Shown: positions 26,400-39,045 of the stretch, piece after piece
Layout of the letters: each line of letters begins with the position of its first letter
Position numbering within the stretch: position 1 is the stretch's first letter
DNA from: Dimorphilus gyrociliatus
Taxonomy: Eukaryota; Animalia; Annelida
Assembly: GCA_904063045.1 (NCBI GenBank)
Contig: CAJFCJ010000014.1
Location: 979,376 to 1,043,375 of the forward strand
DNA: 64,000 bases
Reading direction: 5' to 3'
Program-made: the position numbers and the translations under genes
Notes under the pieces: model-generated
Told to the model about the DNA's origin: nothing
Seen by the model: only the letters and a program-made list of their open reading frames with translations
Database searches by the model: none

Positions 26400-26842
26400 A
26401 TGCCGTACTTTATAGTTTGTAGCAACATTGACCAGGTAACGTTTTCTCTACTGATGTGTTTGTAGTACGATTACGTAATGTAGTAAATTGTTTGCAGAAT
26501 GGTAAAACCAGTTCCTGTACAGTAGGTGACCGAAAAACGGATAAAGAAATCCTTCAGTATTTAGATGCTTATAAATCAAAGTCATTATAAATATTTTTTC
26601 ATGTATTTTAAAAGAATACGAGTGTTTTATTGTCTAGAGTCTATAATATACAATTCTCTTACAGAAGTGAATCATTTACAACGGATCTTCTCCCAATAGA
26701 AGTTTTAAATAGGTTAGAAAAAATAGGTTTTAATCTCGTATCAACAACAGGAGTTGGTCAAGTTTGTATTTGGACTTTATATACCAAAATAATTAATAAA
26801 TGTCTCATTAGATCTTATCTACAACCTCCACAAAATAAATAG
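26400..26842 (+). CDS. GCHFR: GFRP paralog, copy 4, 98 aa
   Basis: Exons 26400-26435 (MPYFIVCSNIDQ), 26498-26580 (NGKTSSCTVGDRKTDKEILQYLDAYKS; weak donor gtcatt) and 26665-26842 (LPIEVLNRLEKIGFNLVSTTGVGQVCIWTLYTK...). Same phase 0/2 introns; 297 nt in frame. Confidence 0.85.
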
Positions 26843-28927
26843 CAAATCAATATTAATGTAAAATACACGTTTATGTGTATTTCATTTAAATGAAAACGTT
26901 TCTAATATACTTTTTCTCTATCTTTATAGTTTTATTCATATGTTCAATCTGCTTAGCATGTAGTCTATGTATGACTGAATAGTCAATGGTACGTTGTTTA
27001 TTTTAAAATGTAATCATTTGTATTTCATGTATACAGGCCTACCGCTGTGAAAAATTGAGCGTAAAGAGATTATAAAAGACAAATTTGTAATCTAACGCCT
27101 GTTTTGATTGTTCATGATATTTTGAGTAAGTCTATGATACAAATAAAGAAATAAATATATAAATAAATATATGTACAAAGGAAAGTATCAACTGTAGTAG
27201 TGACATCTATTTGATAAAGACAAAAGATTAGTTTTTTAATCTGTCTAATTAGGCAAATAGTATTTAGTAGGTTATATTAATAAATTTTACATTAAGTTCA
27301 TTGCAGTGCATTGTTCTAATTCGTTTTAAAAATTAAATTTTCTGTCAGGAATATAGTATATATGTCTATATTTTCTATTTAATTTACAAATGGTATAGGC
27401 ACAATAGGAATAATAGTGAGATTATATAGTACATTCGACCATTTATATACTGTATATATACTGTATATACTGTATACATATATAATCATAGATGCATGTT
27501 CTCAACATTCTAAACATCTCAAAACTCATAGAAAAATATAAAAAGGAGGCTTGGTCATTTAACTAAAATAACGATTATTATAAATAATAACTCTTTTAAC
27601 TCAAGCAATATTACAGGTTTATCAAAAGACTAGTTTATGGATTATTTCTGCCGTATTACCTATAAAATAAAAAATACAAAAAATGGTAAAGATTTTACTC
27701 CTATTTGAAATATAAAGTGGTAACTGTTGAAGTAGTCAGTATATCCTATATTATAGAATATACTATATATTTTTATTAATTTGATTTTTAATGAATTTTT
27801 TACGGATTAGGCCTATTTTGTTTATATTTATTTTATTCTCTTCTCAAATGCATCTATATCCCTCATAATCTATTTATCTATTATACGAACTATAATAATC
27901 TACTTGTACGTATTTTATTACATGTTCCTAGGATTAGAATGGAAAGATTCAGAGTTGATTTGCTCTTGTAGCAGGCGACGTCAATATAATGTAAGCTAGG
28001 AGCGTTACTAGGAGTGTTATAGCTTATTTTCAAATAGAAATAGAATTAAGGAAAGTTGTAGAGAAAACTCAAAATATTTATTATACATGTTTATGATTAA
28101 AATTGATTGATATACTGTAATTATAAACTGTGCAAACAACTATAGAAAGGAATACTGTAAATAAAATCCCTATTAAAAACCGATCACGCATAATAATTAA
28201 CTTAGTACTATTAGAAATACACGTGGAATTGACCAAAAGAATATCTTTAGATATTATAGATATTATTATATAGATATTTATTAATTTAAAAAGGAAAGGT
28301 TGAAAAGCGGCATTAAAGTTCTCGATATATTTATTGATAACAATATAAAGTATTCGCTAATACTAAAGAAATACTTAAATATCAATTTATTCCATTGTAA
28401 TAAATTTGATTCGCAACGCTAATTTTATAATTATTACGTTTTTTTAATATAAATCATAAAGAATGAGAAGGAAAAGCAAGTCCATTCATTAAAAAGTCAT
28501 TTTTAGCTGGAACTTCTTCGAACAGCAAATCAATTATTAGTCTAACCAAAGTTTTCCCAGATAAAGATGCTTGCAAAATTTAGAAGAAGTTATAATGAAA
28601 GATTCAATAATTTCCTTTCAGTTTAATTAATTTCTAGGAGAATCTTTAAAATTCATGTTTTTTTAATAGGAAAAAATCTCATATCCCTCAACAATTTAGT
28701 AAAAGAATCTTAATTAATCAAATATTAATATGCGGAACTAAAAATAGATAAGTACAATAAATCCAAGAATAATATATAAATTGATGAAAAATTTGTGTAA
28801 ATTCTACAATACGAAATAAATTATTGAGGAAAGAGAAAACTATTGTTGAAAAACAGAATAGATTTTCTTTTTTAAGCAAAAAGTTGAGTGTAAACTTGTG
28901 TATTTATTTAGTAAGAGAAATTTTTAT

Positions 28928-31900
28928 TCAAGAGCAAGTTGGAGGATGAACTTGAGCAAAGATATTCAACTCGTAAAGGCTAGCAATTATAATGTAAGTA
29001 ACGTACAAACATAACAGGGAAAATCCTAACTTCTTGTTCAACTTCCAGCCATTTAGATGGACAGACCCGATCAATAGCACGACAGTTGTTAGCAGCGTTA
29101 TAGATGAATAAGTTAAACCTGTAAAATGAAAAAAAAAATTAATAATAAATTATGGGTAATCAATAGGTTTTAGGAATAATTTTTCTCATATTGATTACTA
29201 TTACCTCTACTATACACAATGACTGGATCCCAATTTTTTGAAATGCATATCTTAAGGGTCCAAGGTAAACCAAGGCACAATAATATATCGAACACATTAC
29301 TTCCAACTGCATTTGAAACAGCCATATCTCCAAGTCCTTTTAGAATAATACATCGAATAAAGAAAACGATTTTTAAAGAAAATTAATTCCAGAATAAGGA
29401 ATTAATCTTTTACGTACATGGTCTCTATATATACTGTATATACTAATGTATATACGTATATGTGTATATTCTATCAATTATTCATCTAATCGGTTTGAGG
29501 TTTATACAATATGAATTAAGGCAGTTTTTTTTATCTTATTAAACATATGTACTAAATATATCCTTGCTAGATATTATTGTTAGACATTTTTAGTATTGCT
29601 ATTCCATATTTAGGTCGAAATGTATATATATAAAATATATAGCTGTTATCAATTGAAGGGTAGATCAAAACGTTTATATACAATTTTCTATCATATCTTT
29701 TTACTCTCTATTGCTACTAGGAAACCTTAGAAAATCCTTATATAAATACAAACCATTTTTTACAACGATCCAACTAGCTATGGCATCTGGCATACTAACA
29801 CCAAAAGCTAAGAAAATAATCGCCATAATTGTATCAGGAATATGGAATGTATATCCAATCACTGTTATCATCCACATCAATAAATATGAATAGATCCCTA
29901 TCCAAACAACGGACATAATAAATGTTACAGTAAAGCACTTTTTCCACCTCTTTTTACGGCAATCAGGCACTACAAAAAGTCAAAGATAATAATAAATAGA
30001 ACAAGTGAATGAATTTAAAGTACCAGTGATGTAAAGTAAACAGCTTATTGGGACTGTTAATATCCACCAACATAATTTCAGTTTATGATTAGGGGGTGCT
30101 AATATATGCTTATCATCATCTTCGCTGTCTTTATCGGCTTCTATAATTTAGAAAAATAGGGATAACTAATAAGAATTGAACAAAATGATAGTTGAACAAA
30201 ACAAAACAAAAAACAATGTACATTTTATAATTTATCAATAAATTATATAAGAAAGCATTAAAATTCACAATTATTCTACTATTTGAAGAAATAATATAAA
30301 TTATAGTAAAGAAAAAAGGTAATTGATTATTATTAACAGGCAGAGTATTTTTCCTTGTTTTGTTACTTTATGAATAATTGCTGATGTACATAAAATGTGT
30401 AAATTTATATAATAGAATAACCAACTTATATGCAAATATTTACATATATGTATATATACAGTATATGTATATGCATGTACATATCTTTATAATAAAAAAA
30501 AAGCTATTTCTTAGAAACATGTTTGAAATACTTTGTATTACTTTTTGACTCTTTTTTATATACTAACATTTATATAAAGGAAGATGTATCGCACTTTTCT
30601 ATATATATATATATATAGTAAACACCTTGTTAATAGATATATCTATATATAAAGTATATTGTTTAGAATGTGTATAAGAATGTATATACAGACTTATGAA
30701 AAATAAGAATATTATTGTGATAAACAACAGAGAACTCAATTATTACACTTCGCTGTTATAATTTAAAATTGTCTGCTATTACAATATGTTCTTTAATAAC
30801 TTACCTATATCGTCTTTACCAGGCACAAGTAATATATCTGTTTCTTCCGTATCCTCTTCTTCGTCTCCAATATTTATTTCCTCTAGCAGCTTCTCCTTTC
30901 TGCTCTTTCGATTTAACCAACTATTTATCGTTTCGTTCCAATACATTATGAAGATATATACCAAGTATAGGCATAATAGTAACACAGACTCGTACCAGTA
31001 GACTCTACCGTCATAAATAACAGCTACTAAAACTCCTATACTAACGGTATAAAAGGAACAATCTCTGAACAATGGCCACTTCTCTAAATAAACTATAGTT
31101 CCGGCACCAACAGCACAAAATCCAATCACAAATAACAAGTTGAAAACTGCAGAACCAACTACGGCGGCTAAACCAACATCATCTTTTGCGATAAAAACTC
31201 CTATAATTGTAGCAGCAAGTTCAGGAGCCGAAGTTCCCGCAGCCATAAAGGTAGCTCCAGCAACATCTGATCTATAATTGATAATATTATTATACTAAAA
31301 AGGAAAGAAGATTACATATATCTTATCTAAAAAATGTAAATATTACCACCTAAATAATTGTAACCAAAATTATTTAAATACTTAATTTATACTATTACAT
31401 TTTTACATATTCATAAAAAGATTAAACTATACAAAAACCTTAAATGCAGTGCCTCAGATATCGATTCCAAAGATGGTACAAAATAATCGTCACAAACTAA
31501 TGACAAACCGATAAAAGAGTAAAGGCAGGCAAAAATATGTAATAGAATTGCGCCATATTTTCGTTGTTCAATTGTAAACAAATCATCTGGAAACTGGTCG
31601 ATTGAAGCCGGTGTACAATTCGTTATTCTTTCACTTAGCAGATTTCTAGAGTAATGCTTTTCAATTTCGACATCTGAACAAAAGAGATAAAGTTAAAAAT
31701 TCAATTTTTCATTCCCTTGAACTCTTCTTCTTTATTCATCTATCTCCATCTTACGTATATTTCTTTAAAATATAGTTGATTTATATATTTAATATACACG
31801 AAAACTGCTAGTATTATTAGAGTATTAAAATAGGACAGTTTTTCTTTATATTGGTATTTCATTCAAGTTGCGTGACTATTATAAAGTGTTTTCCTTTTTA

Positions 31901-32180
31901 TATGTTTGATATATATATACTCTATACTTGTCGAATGTATTAACAAACAAATAAATACCTCTATATTTATACTGTGTATAAATATATATAATATACATTT
32001 ACGTTTCATAAACTCTATATATTCTATGTTCTTTTGTCTATTAAACATGTTTCACATACCTGCATATTGATTTATGTTGGTGAATTCTTCTGAATATTTA
32101 AAGAATTGAGCTTGAGTTGAGAAGATGAAAATGATTAGAAAAACTAGAAAAATAATCCTAAATTTTAGTTTTCTATGCAT
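28928..32180 (-). CDS. SLC24: K+-dependent Na+/Ca2+ exchanger (SLC24/NCKX), 7 exons, 492 aa
   Basis: Exons 32180-32060, 31673-31439, 31271-30805, 30140-30024, 29969-29754, 29336-29205, 29118-28928 (1479 nt). Alpha-1 repeat [11 protein letters not shown]...[18 protein letters not shown]...[10 protein letters not shown]; alpha-2 repeat [11 protein letters not shown]...[26 protein letters not shown]; C-terminus [14 protein letters not shown]. Confidence 0.93.
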
Positions 32181-34475
32181 TTTCGCCTATTTTTCCATTA
32201 TTCCAGTTCACCGTTCTGGTCATTCGTTCATTTTTGCTTGATAGCTACTCACTGCTGCATGTATATGCCTAATTTATTGAAGCATGTATTCTATACTTTG
32301 CTTATATCGAGCATAAATTGATCGTGTCGCATGTAAAGTAAAGTCGATTTTTATTCTTATTTTAGGGGTGTCGGTTCCAGCTGGGGGAAAATTGTTTGAT
32401 TCAATTATTACATAATTATTATCATTATCATTCTGTACGATCACTATCATTTAATAAGATCGTCGAGCTGATTTTTGTATAGTATATTTCTATTACAATA
32501 ATAAATCTAATCCTTGTAACGACGTCGTTTATACCTTTGAAGAGTTAATATTTTTCACTCTCTCCAAACATTCAAACTCTAGTCTGGATTAATCCCATTT
32601 TACTATGTAAAACATTCTCTATTAACTTTTTTATACATTTACATCAAGTAGATTAAAATAATAAAACTCCCACACAAATGTAAAATAATACAAAAAATGA
32701 CGTGTATTTACAGTTTTAAACAAATGTTATACATATTACTTTTATGATATATCATTTTTTTAATTCGATATTATTAATTATTTATACTCTCTTCCACAGA
32801 TAGATGGAGCAGTTGTCGAATCACAATAATTTTCTATTATTTTTTTATATACAGTGAAATTTTGCGAATTATAAAAAAAATGACACTGAAGCGACACCTA
32901 GTAGATATAATTTATTAATTGAAAAATTGAAGACATTGACGTAAAAAGAGAAATGAAATAAAAAAAATCCATGGCAGGTGTTAATGCCCTTTATTACTAA
33001 TGTAAAGAAGTAATATGAAAGAATAAAAAGCAGCAACTATCCCTTTCTTTTTTATATTCCTTCAACATTCATAATCTGATTTTGAATTTCGCTAATACCT
33101 CTTAACACCTTACTTAGATAATATAAAATCTTAACAAAAGATTATATTTTTGTAAACATGATAGGTTTTTCTTCTCATTCATATTTCTATCTGCAATTTT
33201 CTCTATTCATAAAAAATGACAAGAAAAAGCTACAATCACTTCCGTTCAAACAGAAGTACACCCCATATGACACTATTTTTTTTCTCCCCTTCAGAAAGAT
33301 ATATATATATATTAGTATATATAAGCAAAGAGTAGATAATGATAGTAATAAACAAGTAGGAAATCTTACAAAAACAAATATTGAAGTCTCTAAAAAAGAA
33401 AACTGCTCTTTGAAAAATGAAGGTATTAAAAAAAAAAAGGTTAACAAAACAAATGTTATCGAAATTGTAAACAATCAACTCGATAAGAATTTTTATTTTT
33501 TAAATAGCCCTACTTTCGTATAAAGTTTTTAAAAATAAGGCTTTAATATAAGATATATTGATAGTGTTTAATGATTTTTTTCTCTTCTAAAAATAATACA
33601 ATGGCCCTTGTACATATAATCTGTTGGGATAATAATAAAATATCTTTTTGGATTTATGGGACAATAGTTAAGGAATATGAGTGACCTTTATAAATTCGAT
33701 TCTACTGACCATTAAATTAAATAGAGCTTAATTAATAAATTAATACACATACGTTTAAACACGCTTTTTTTTAAATGCGAAAGTTATGATTTATTATATA
33801 ATGAACACTATTCATATATAAAAAAACATATATATATATTTTCATTTATTTACAAATATACTAGACAATAAAATATTAATGGCATTCGCGGAGAATAAAC
33901 TCATTTCTATTTTGAATATATTATTGGCAATCATCCAATTACTGTTCGGCTCGGTTTGCGACTGGCTCAGGTAAATGACAGTTGCAACAGCACGAAATAT
34001 TCAACCAAAGTCAAATATTTAACGCCAATCGCCTTAGAAGGATTCACTGTGTGTTCTGTTGAATATAATATATACCGTATAAAGTATACTATACATATAC
34101 TGTATATATATATATATATATATATAGTATATATGTATATATATATATAAATATACTGCTATATATTTAGAAAGGACTATAATAAAAGAAAATTATTATA
34201 TTGCAACCTCTCGACGACGGCAAGTATATGTGCTTAGATATTACAAATATGTAATTATACATGGCACGTTAAATAATTACTACCAACGGTAATCTGATAA
34301 TTCTCTAATTATTTTCGTATAGATAAAAAAAGAAATCATTCCATTATAACAAATTCCTTCCTATTTATTTTAACCCTTTTTTTCTCTCATAAATTATATT
34401 CTGAATGAAACCATTTATGGCTTATAGGCCTATCGTTATTATCTTTTAGGCTACTTTATTTGCCTCCGTTCAAAT

Positions 34476-36060
34476 ATGACCCAAATGGAAAAAGATACTT
34501 CAACAGAGATTGAACAAAATGAAACTGTTTATAGAAAGGTTATGCTTCAAATATCTGTATTGGAAACTTTGAGAATTTATTTAGATCCTTCCCCCGAACT
34601 ATTGAAGGATTTATGGAATAACAATATTCTTACCGAAGATGAATTGAACGTTCTCCAGGTTAGTAATCAATGTTCTATACGTAATTCAATATACTACTGT
34701 TTATATACATACTTTTTAACTATTAAACACGTTTACACAGAAATTACCATGGCCTACAAACAGGAATCAACTACTTCATACTCTTATTAAAAAATCATGG
34801 AAAGAAAAGGAATTTACAGCATTCTGTAATGTTTTAAATAAAACCGAAAAATTTGAAAAATTAAGCGAAATGCTACAATCAAAAGTAACAAAGATTGTTG
34901 AACAGTCGGAGACTTACGAAAGTAATAGGAATCGTCCTTTAAGTAGAGAATACGAAAGTCTCGTTTCCGGTCCTCTGCGAAAAATAAATCCGCAAGAGAG
35001 AACTGATATTCTAAGACAATTAAAAGAGAAGGACGATGAAATAAGGATCCTTAAAACCGAAAACGAAACTCTTAGAGAAGAATTAAAGCATACTACGACT
35101 AAATTACATAACACTGCACACAAGTTAAAAGTTCTTGAAGAGTCTGTCTCACATACGTTAGCTCATACTGATTTAGATGATCATTCTCTCGAGGAAGGTG
35201 TCAATTCCTTACAAATACGACTAACCGATGCTAATAAGGAATTGAATAAGGTCAAAGCCGAATTACATCAATCCCATAAAGAGAAAGACAAGTTTAAAGC
35301 TGAAGCTAAGCAATTCGAAGAAGATTTAAAGAGTACAAAGCGGCTACTTATGCAAACTGAAGATACTATGAAAGATTCCCATTATAAACTACAAAATAGA
35401 ACATTTCAACTACAAACTAAGGTTGATCACCAAAAGGAGACGATTAATATTCTTCAAAATAAACTAGAAGAAAGCGAAAGGACAAAGGCCTTAACTAAAA
35501 CAGCTTTAGAGCAAGACGCTAGAGATCTTCGCGACAAATTAAATGCCGTAATTTCCTCGCTAACTGACACGGAGAGGGAAAGAGATTCTATGAAAACTGA
35601 ATTAGAAGATGTCCAAGATAAAACGAGAAAATTACTGACAACTTTAAATATAAGGGGAAAGCACACCAGCAATATAAGCTTAGCAGTTGATCACGCCAGA
35701 AACCTCTCCTACGCAAAAGGTAGAAGAGGTAGTTTGATACCTATGGATAGTAATCAAAGTTCAAGGAGAGGTAGCACTCCCTGCGCTAATTCCGATCCCC
35801 TTCCCTCCACTCCCGATAGTTTAGCTACCGACAAATCGGCAGCTGGGTTGATTATTCAAAAGTTACAGAAGGTCGATAGGTCGTCATGCGCCCGTTGTGG
35901 TAAACAATACGACGAAAATAGCAACTTTGAAGGGGCATGTTTAAAGCACGAGGAGGGTGCCACGCTAATAAACGAAGGTACTTCCTTAGCCGTGTGGTCA
36001 TGTTGCAAATCTGTTACTACTATGAAAGGTTGCATAAAAGGTAAACACAGTTGCGAATAA
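34476..36060 (+). CDS. CARD-like death-fold + long coiled coil + C-terminal CHORD-like Cys/His Zn-binding domain, 2 exons, 500 aa
   Basis: Exons 34476-34658 and 34741-36060 (phase 0). N-terminus LRIYLDPSPELLKDLWNNNILTEDELNVLQKLPWPTNRNQLLHTLIKK..FTAFCNVL fits the CARD pattern; heptad-rich central region; C-terminus CARC-x13-C-x2-H...WSCC...GCIKGKH. Confidence 0.85.
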
Positions 36061-36988
36061 ACTGCGTTTTTCTTCAATATTTACTTATCAGCCTCGATTT
36101 TCGAATGGTGAGAAGATTTTCAGCTTTGTATTTGTCATGCACCGGTAAAGTGTAAATTGACTAAAATATCGACGTAACTTACTATGCAAACATATTCAAT
36201 ATATCGCTTGTTGAACGTAATATATATATCTACATAAGTATATATATATAAGACCCCATAAATTATTATTCTATAGAAAATTTGACGTACGCTGTGTTTA
36301 TTTTCGGTAAAAAGGAGTGGAACAGTTTTACTACAAATTAAATATCTAGTCTTTCCTTAATATTATTGATTTAAAGGTTATAGAGAAAAAATTATAATAA
36401 TTATTCATAAATAAAGAGAAATATAATAACAAAAATAAAATTTGTAGTAAAATGGCGGCCATTCTTTTTCAAAAATAGAACGTTCCTTTTTCTTTAAAAG
36501 AATATTCTTAATCTACCTTTCCTTTATCAATAATAGAGAAACGTGGCATAATCAAAAATGTTTTTTTTTTTGAATAAACTTGATTTTCTCAAAGAAAAGA
36601 AGAAATTAAAACCAAATAAACTGTAAAAATGTAACTGTTTATTTGTTTTAAGGAATATATATATTTTTATATCAAAAGGCGGGAAAAAGTAGCAAATATC
36701 CGATTGTAAACATAATATATAATTTAATAAAGAGACTAAAAAGTAAAAGTGAAAAAAAAGCCCATCTTTATTGTTTTATTTAAATATTACAAAATTATCA
36801 ACTTGTGTGGCCATTTTGGAAGAAAAAAAATTTTTTTGTTGAATACTGAAAAATTGTTTGAAGCGAGTTTTAAATTACTTTTAGTATACAATCAATGAGT
36901 AATCTAGACAACTTGGAAAATAATGTATGTTTTGTTTATACATCTGCTTCCAGTATTCCGAATATAGCCAGTGTCAATTTCTCCCTCT

Positions 36989-36999
<11 letters not shown>

Positions 37000-37046
<47 letters not shown>

Positions 37047-37058
37047 CTCTCTCTCTCT
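37000..37058. repeat. (TC)n microsatellite just upstream of the unknown secreted-protein gene
   Basis: Direct reading; one interruption. Confidence 0.9.
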
Positions 37059-37124
37059 TTCTTCCTTTTTTTTCACACCAAGTTCCTGTAGCGCCATTTA
37101 CCAAATCGACTTCAACTGGCAAAC

Positions 37125-38720
37125 ATGCTCTGCAAACTAGTTTTTAACGTATACGTAATTTCTTTAGTTTGGTCACAACCTCTAACAGGTAAGTGATTTT
37201 ACATGGTCAGCTAATTAATGTACTAATTAACTTATGATTTTTTAATCAATATTTAATTATTATAAATGTAAAAGAGAAAGGTGAAAAGTGTGAAAAAGCT
37301 GCCAACATCTTAATGAATTTCATTAAAACTAAGGAAGCAGTCATTCCATACACGAATACGCTAATTCGCAATGATTATAGTTACTTTCTCACAAACTACG
37401 GAATTGATCTGCAAAATGAAGATGAAATACGAAAATTAGTTTGTACCTTATCAGGTAGTATAAAAAAGAATTTAGTTCTTTTTAACGACTAGTGATCAAT
37501 GAACTTGTTTTATAATATAGAGGAAAATTTTGATATTGAAAAAACAAGTCAACAACTAAACTTAGAAAGTTCAACAAAAAATCTATTGGAATTGCTAAAT
37601 GATACTGTTTTGTCAGAACAAAAATTCTCTAATAGTAAACGTCTTGTGAATTATTTAAGACGGTTTAGTACGGAATGTTATATTGGTGATTGGAAGTTTG
37701 ACAATGGTTATTACTATAGGGCGGCAAAGTTGTTCTTTGCTATTATTCATATATATGGAAATAACTGGTGCGATAAATACGGTAGCCATATTATCACAAA
37801 ATGCAATATACTGCCTCAACGCCGTCAGCATATTCCTTGGTTTTTCAGACCATTTATTGGTAAGATACTTTTGTACCTTTTATACAAGTGTATAGAAGTG
37901 AAATTTAAACTATTCTTTTGTTCTACTACTTCCATCATTCGTACCTTTGTAATTATCCGTTTAACAGCATCCCACAACACCGACGAAATGGTATACCTAT
38001 TAAAATCAACGGTCCCTGATGACAACAAAATGGTATCAAATTTTCAATGCAGGCTTCTGTCGTTAAATTTAAAAGACAATCAAATTTAAGTGTGAAAAAT
38101 CACAGAGGAAGTACTTCATTTATCAAGTGTCTATTAAACTTATTCTTAAGATAGCTATTCAAATCAAAGCTTAAACTTATAATGTCCCCGAGCTTTCTCG
38201 ACCTAAATTTCGAATAAGTCCAATTAATTCACTAATCTCATATCCAATTTATTTTGGCCTATTTCAATTCTTAAATTTCTTATCAGTCATGGATTATTTT
38301 AAGAAGAAGCAGAAAGCTGTAAGGACATTTAAAGTGCTCTAATAAGTATATAAATCCTTTTTTGGAGTCTTAAATCTGCCAGAAACATAGATGATAACGT
38401 TTATTGTATAGTATAGGTCAGATTGCCAGAACACCCTCCTCCAGATGCTATATGTCAATGATAGTTTACAACTTATTTGTGTATAGAATTCAAATTTTAG
38501 TTCAAAAAGAGAAAAATTCATAGAATTCTGCATTGAAAATTAAAAGATAAAAAGCTACGTTGATCAAATTACTGAAATTGATGTTCACACCACTCTTGTC
38601 CAGTTGAAATTACTAAGGGAAACATTAGAGTTTTTCAATCAGGATTTTATAAATATGTTCAATGACATAAACCAATTGGGAATTTTGCCCAATACGGCTT
38701 TTAAACTCACTCCCGATTAA
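37125..38720 (+). CDS. Uncharacterised secreted, probably helical protein; 5' exons clear, 3' part unresolved or possibly disrupted
   Basis: Exons 37125-37188 (MLCKLVFNVYVISLVWSQPLT, signal-peptide-like), 37275-37454, 37521-37859 and 37968-about 38032, all phase 1 and in frame. Coding-looking segments further on (38291-38322; 38547-38720 ending ...LGILPNTAFKLTPD*) could not be joined without in-frame TAA. Confidence 0.55.
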
Positions 38721-39045
38721 AAATGGATGGAAGAAAACTCGTATTCTAGCTATCTCGTTTTTTCTCTCCTTTGCCCTCTACCTCTAGGTGCTAGACAGCG
38801 AAGCTTGATATATTTTAACACTAGAATTTATATGGACAATAGATAATATTTCTAATACTGATATATACACAATTTTTCAAGTGATGACATAATATAAAAA
38901 ACTTTATTAGAAAACTTAATATATAAATCAGAAAATAAAGAAATATAAGGAAAGCAAAGCTTAACAGAACTTCATATTTTTGTGAAATGATACTAAAAGA
39001 AAAAATGTTTAAACTGCAAAATCAAAAAAGAAAAGATAGACGTAG

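Noticed and set aside
33158-33523. 121-aa K/N-rich ORF and its antisense ORFs
   Set aside because: Low-complexity AT-rich intergenic sequence; no splice support or motif.
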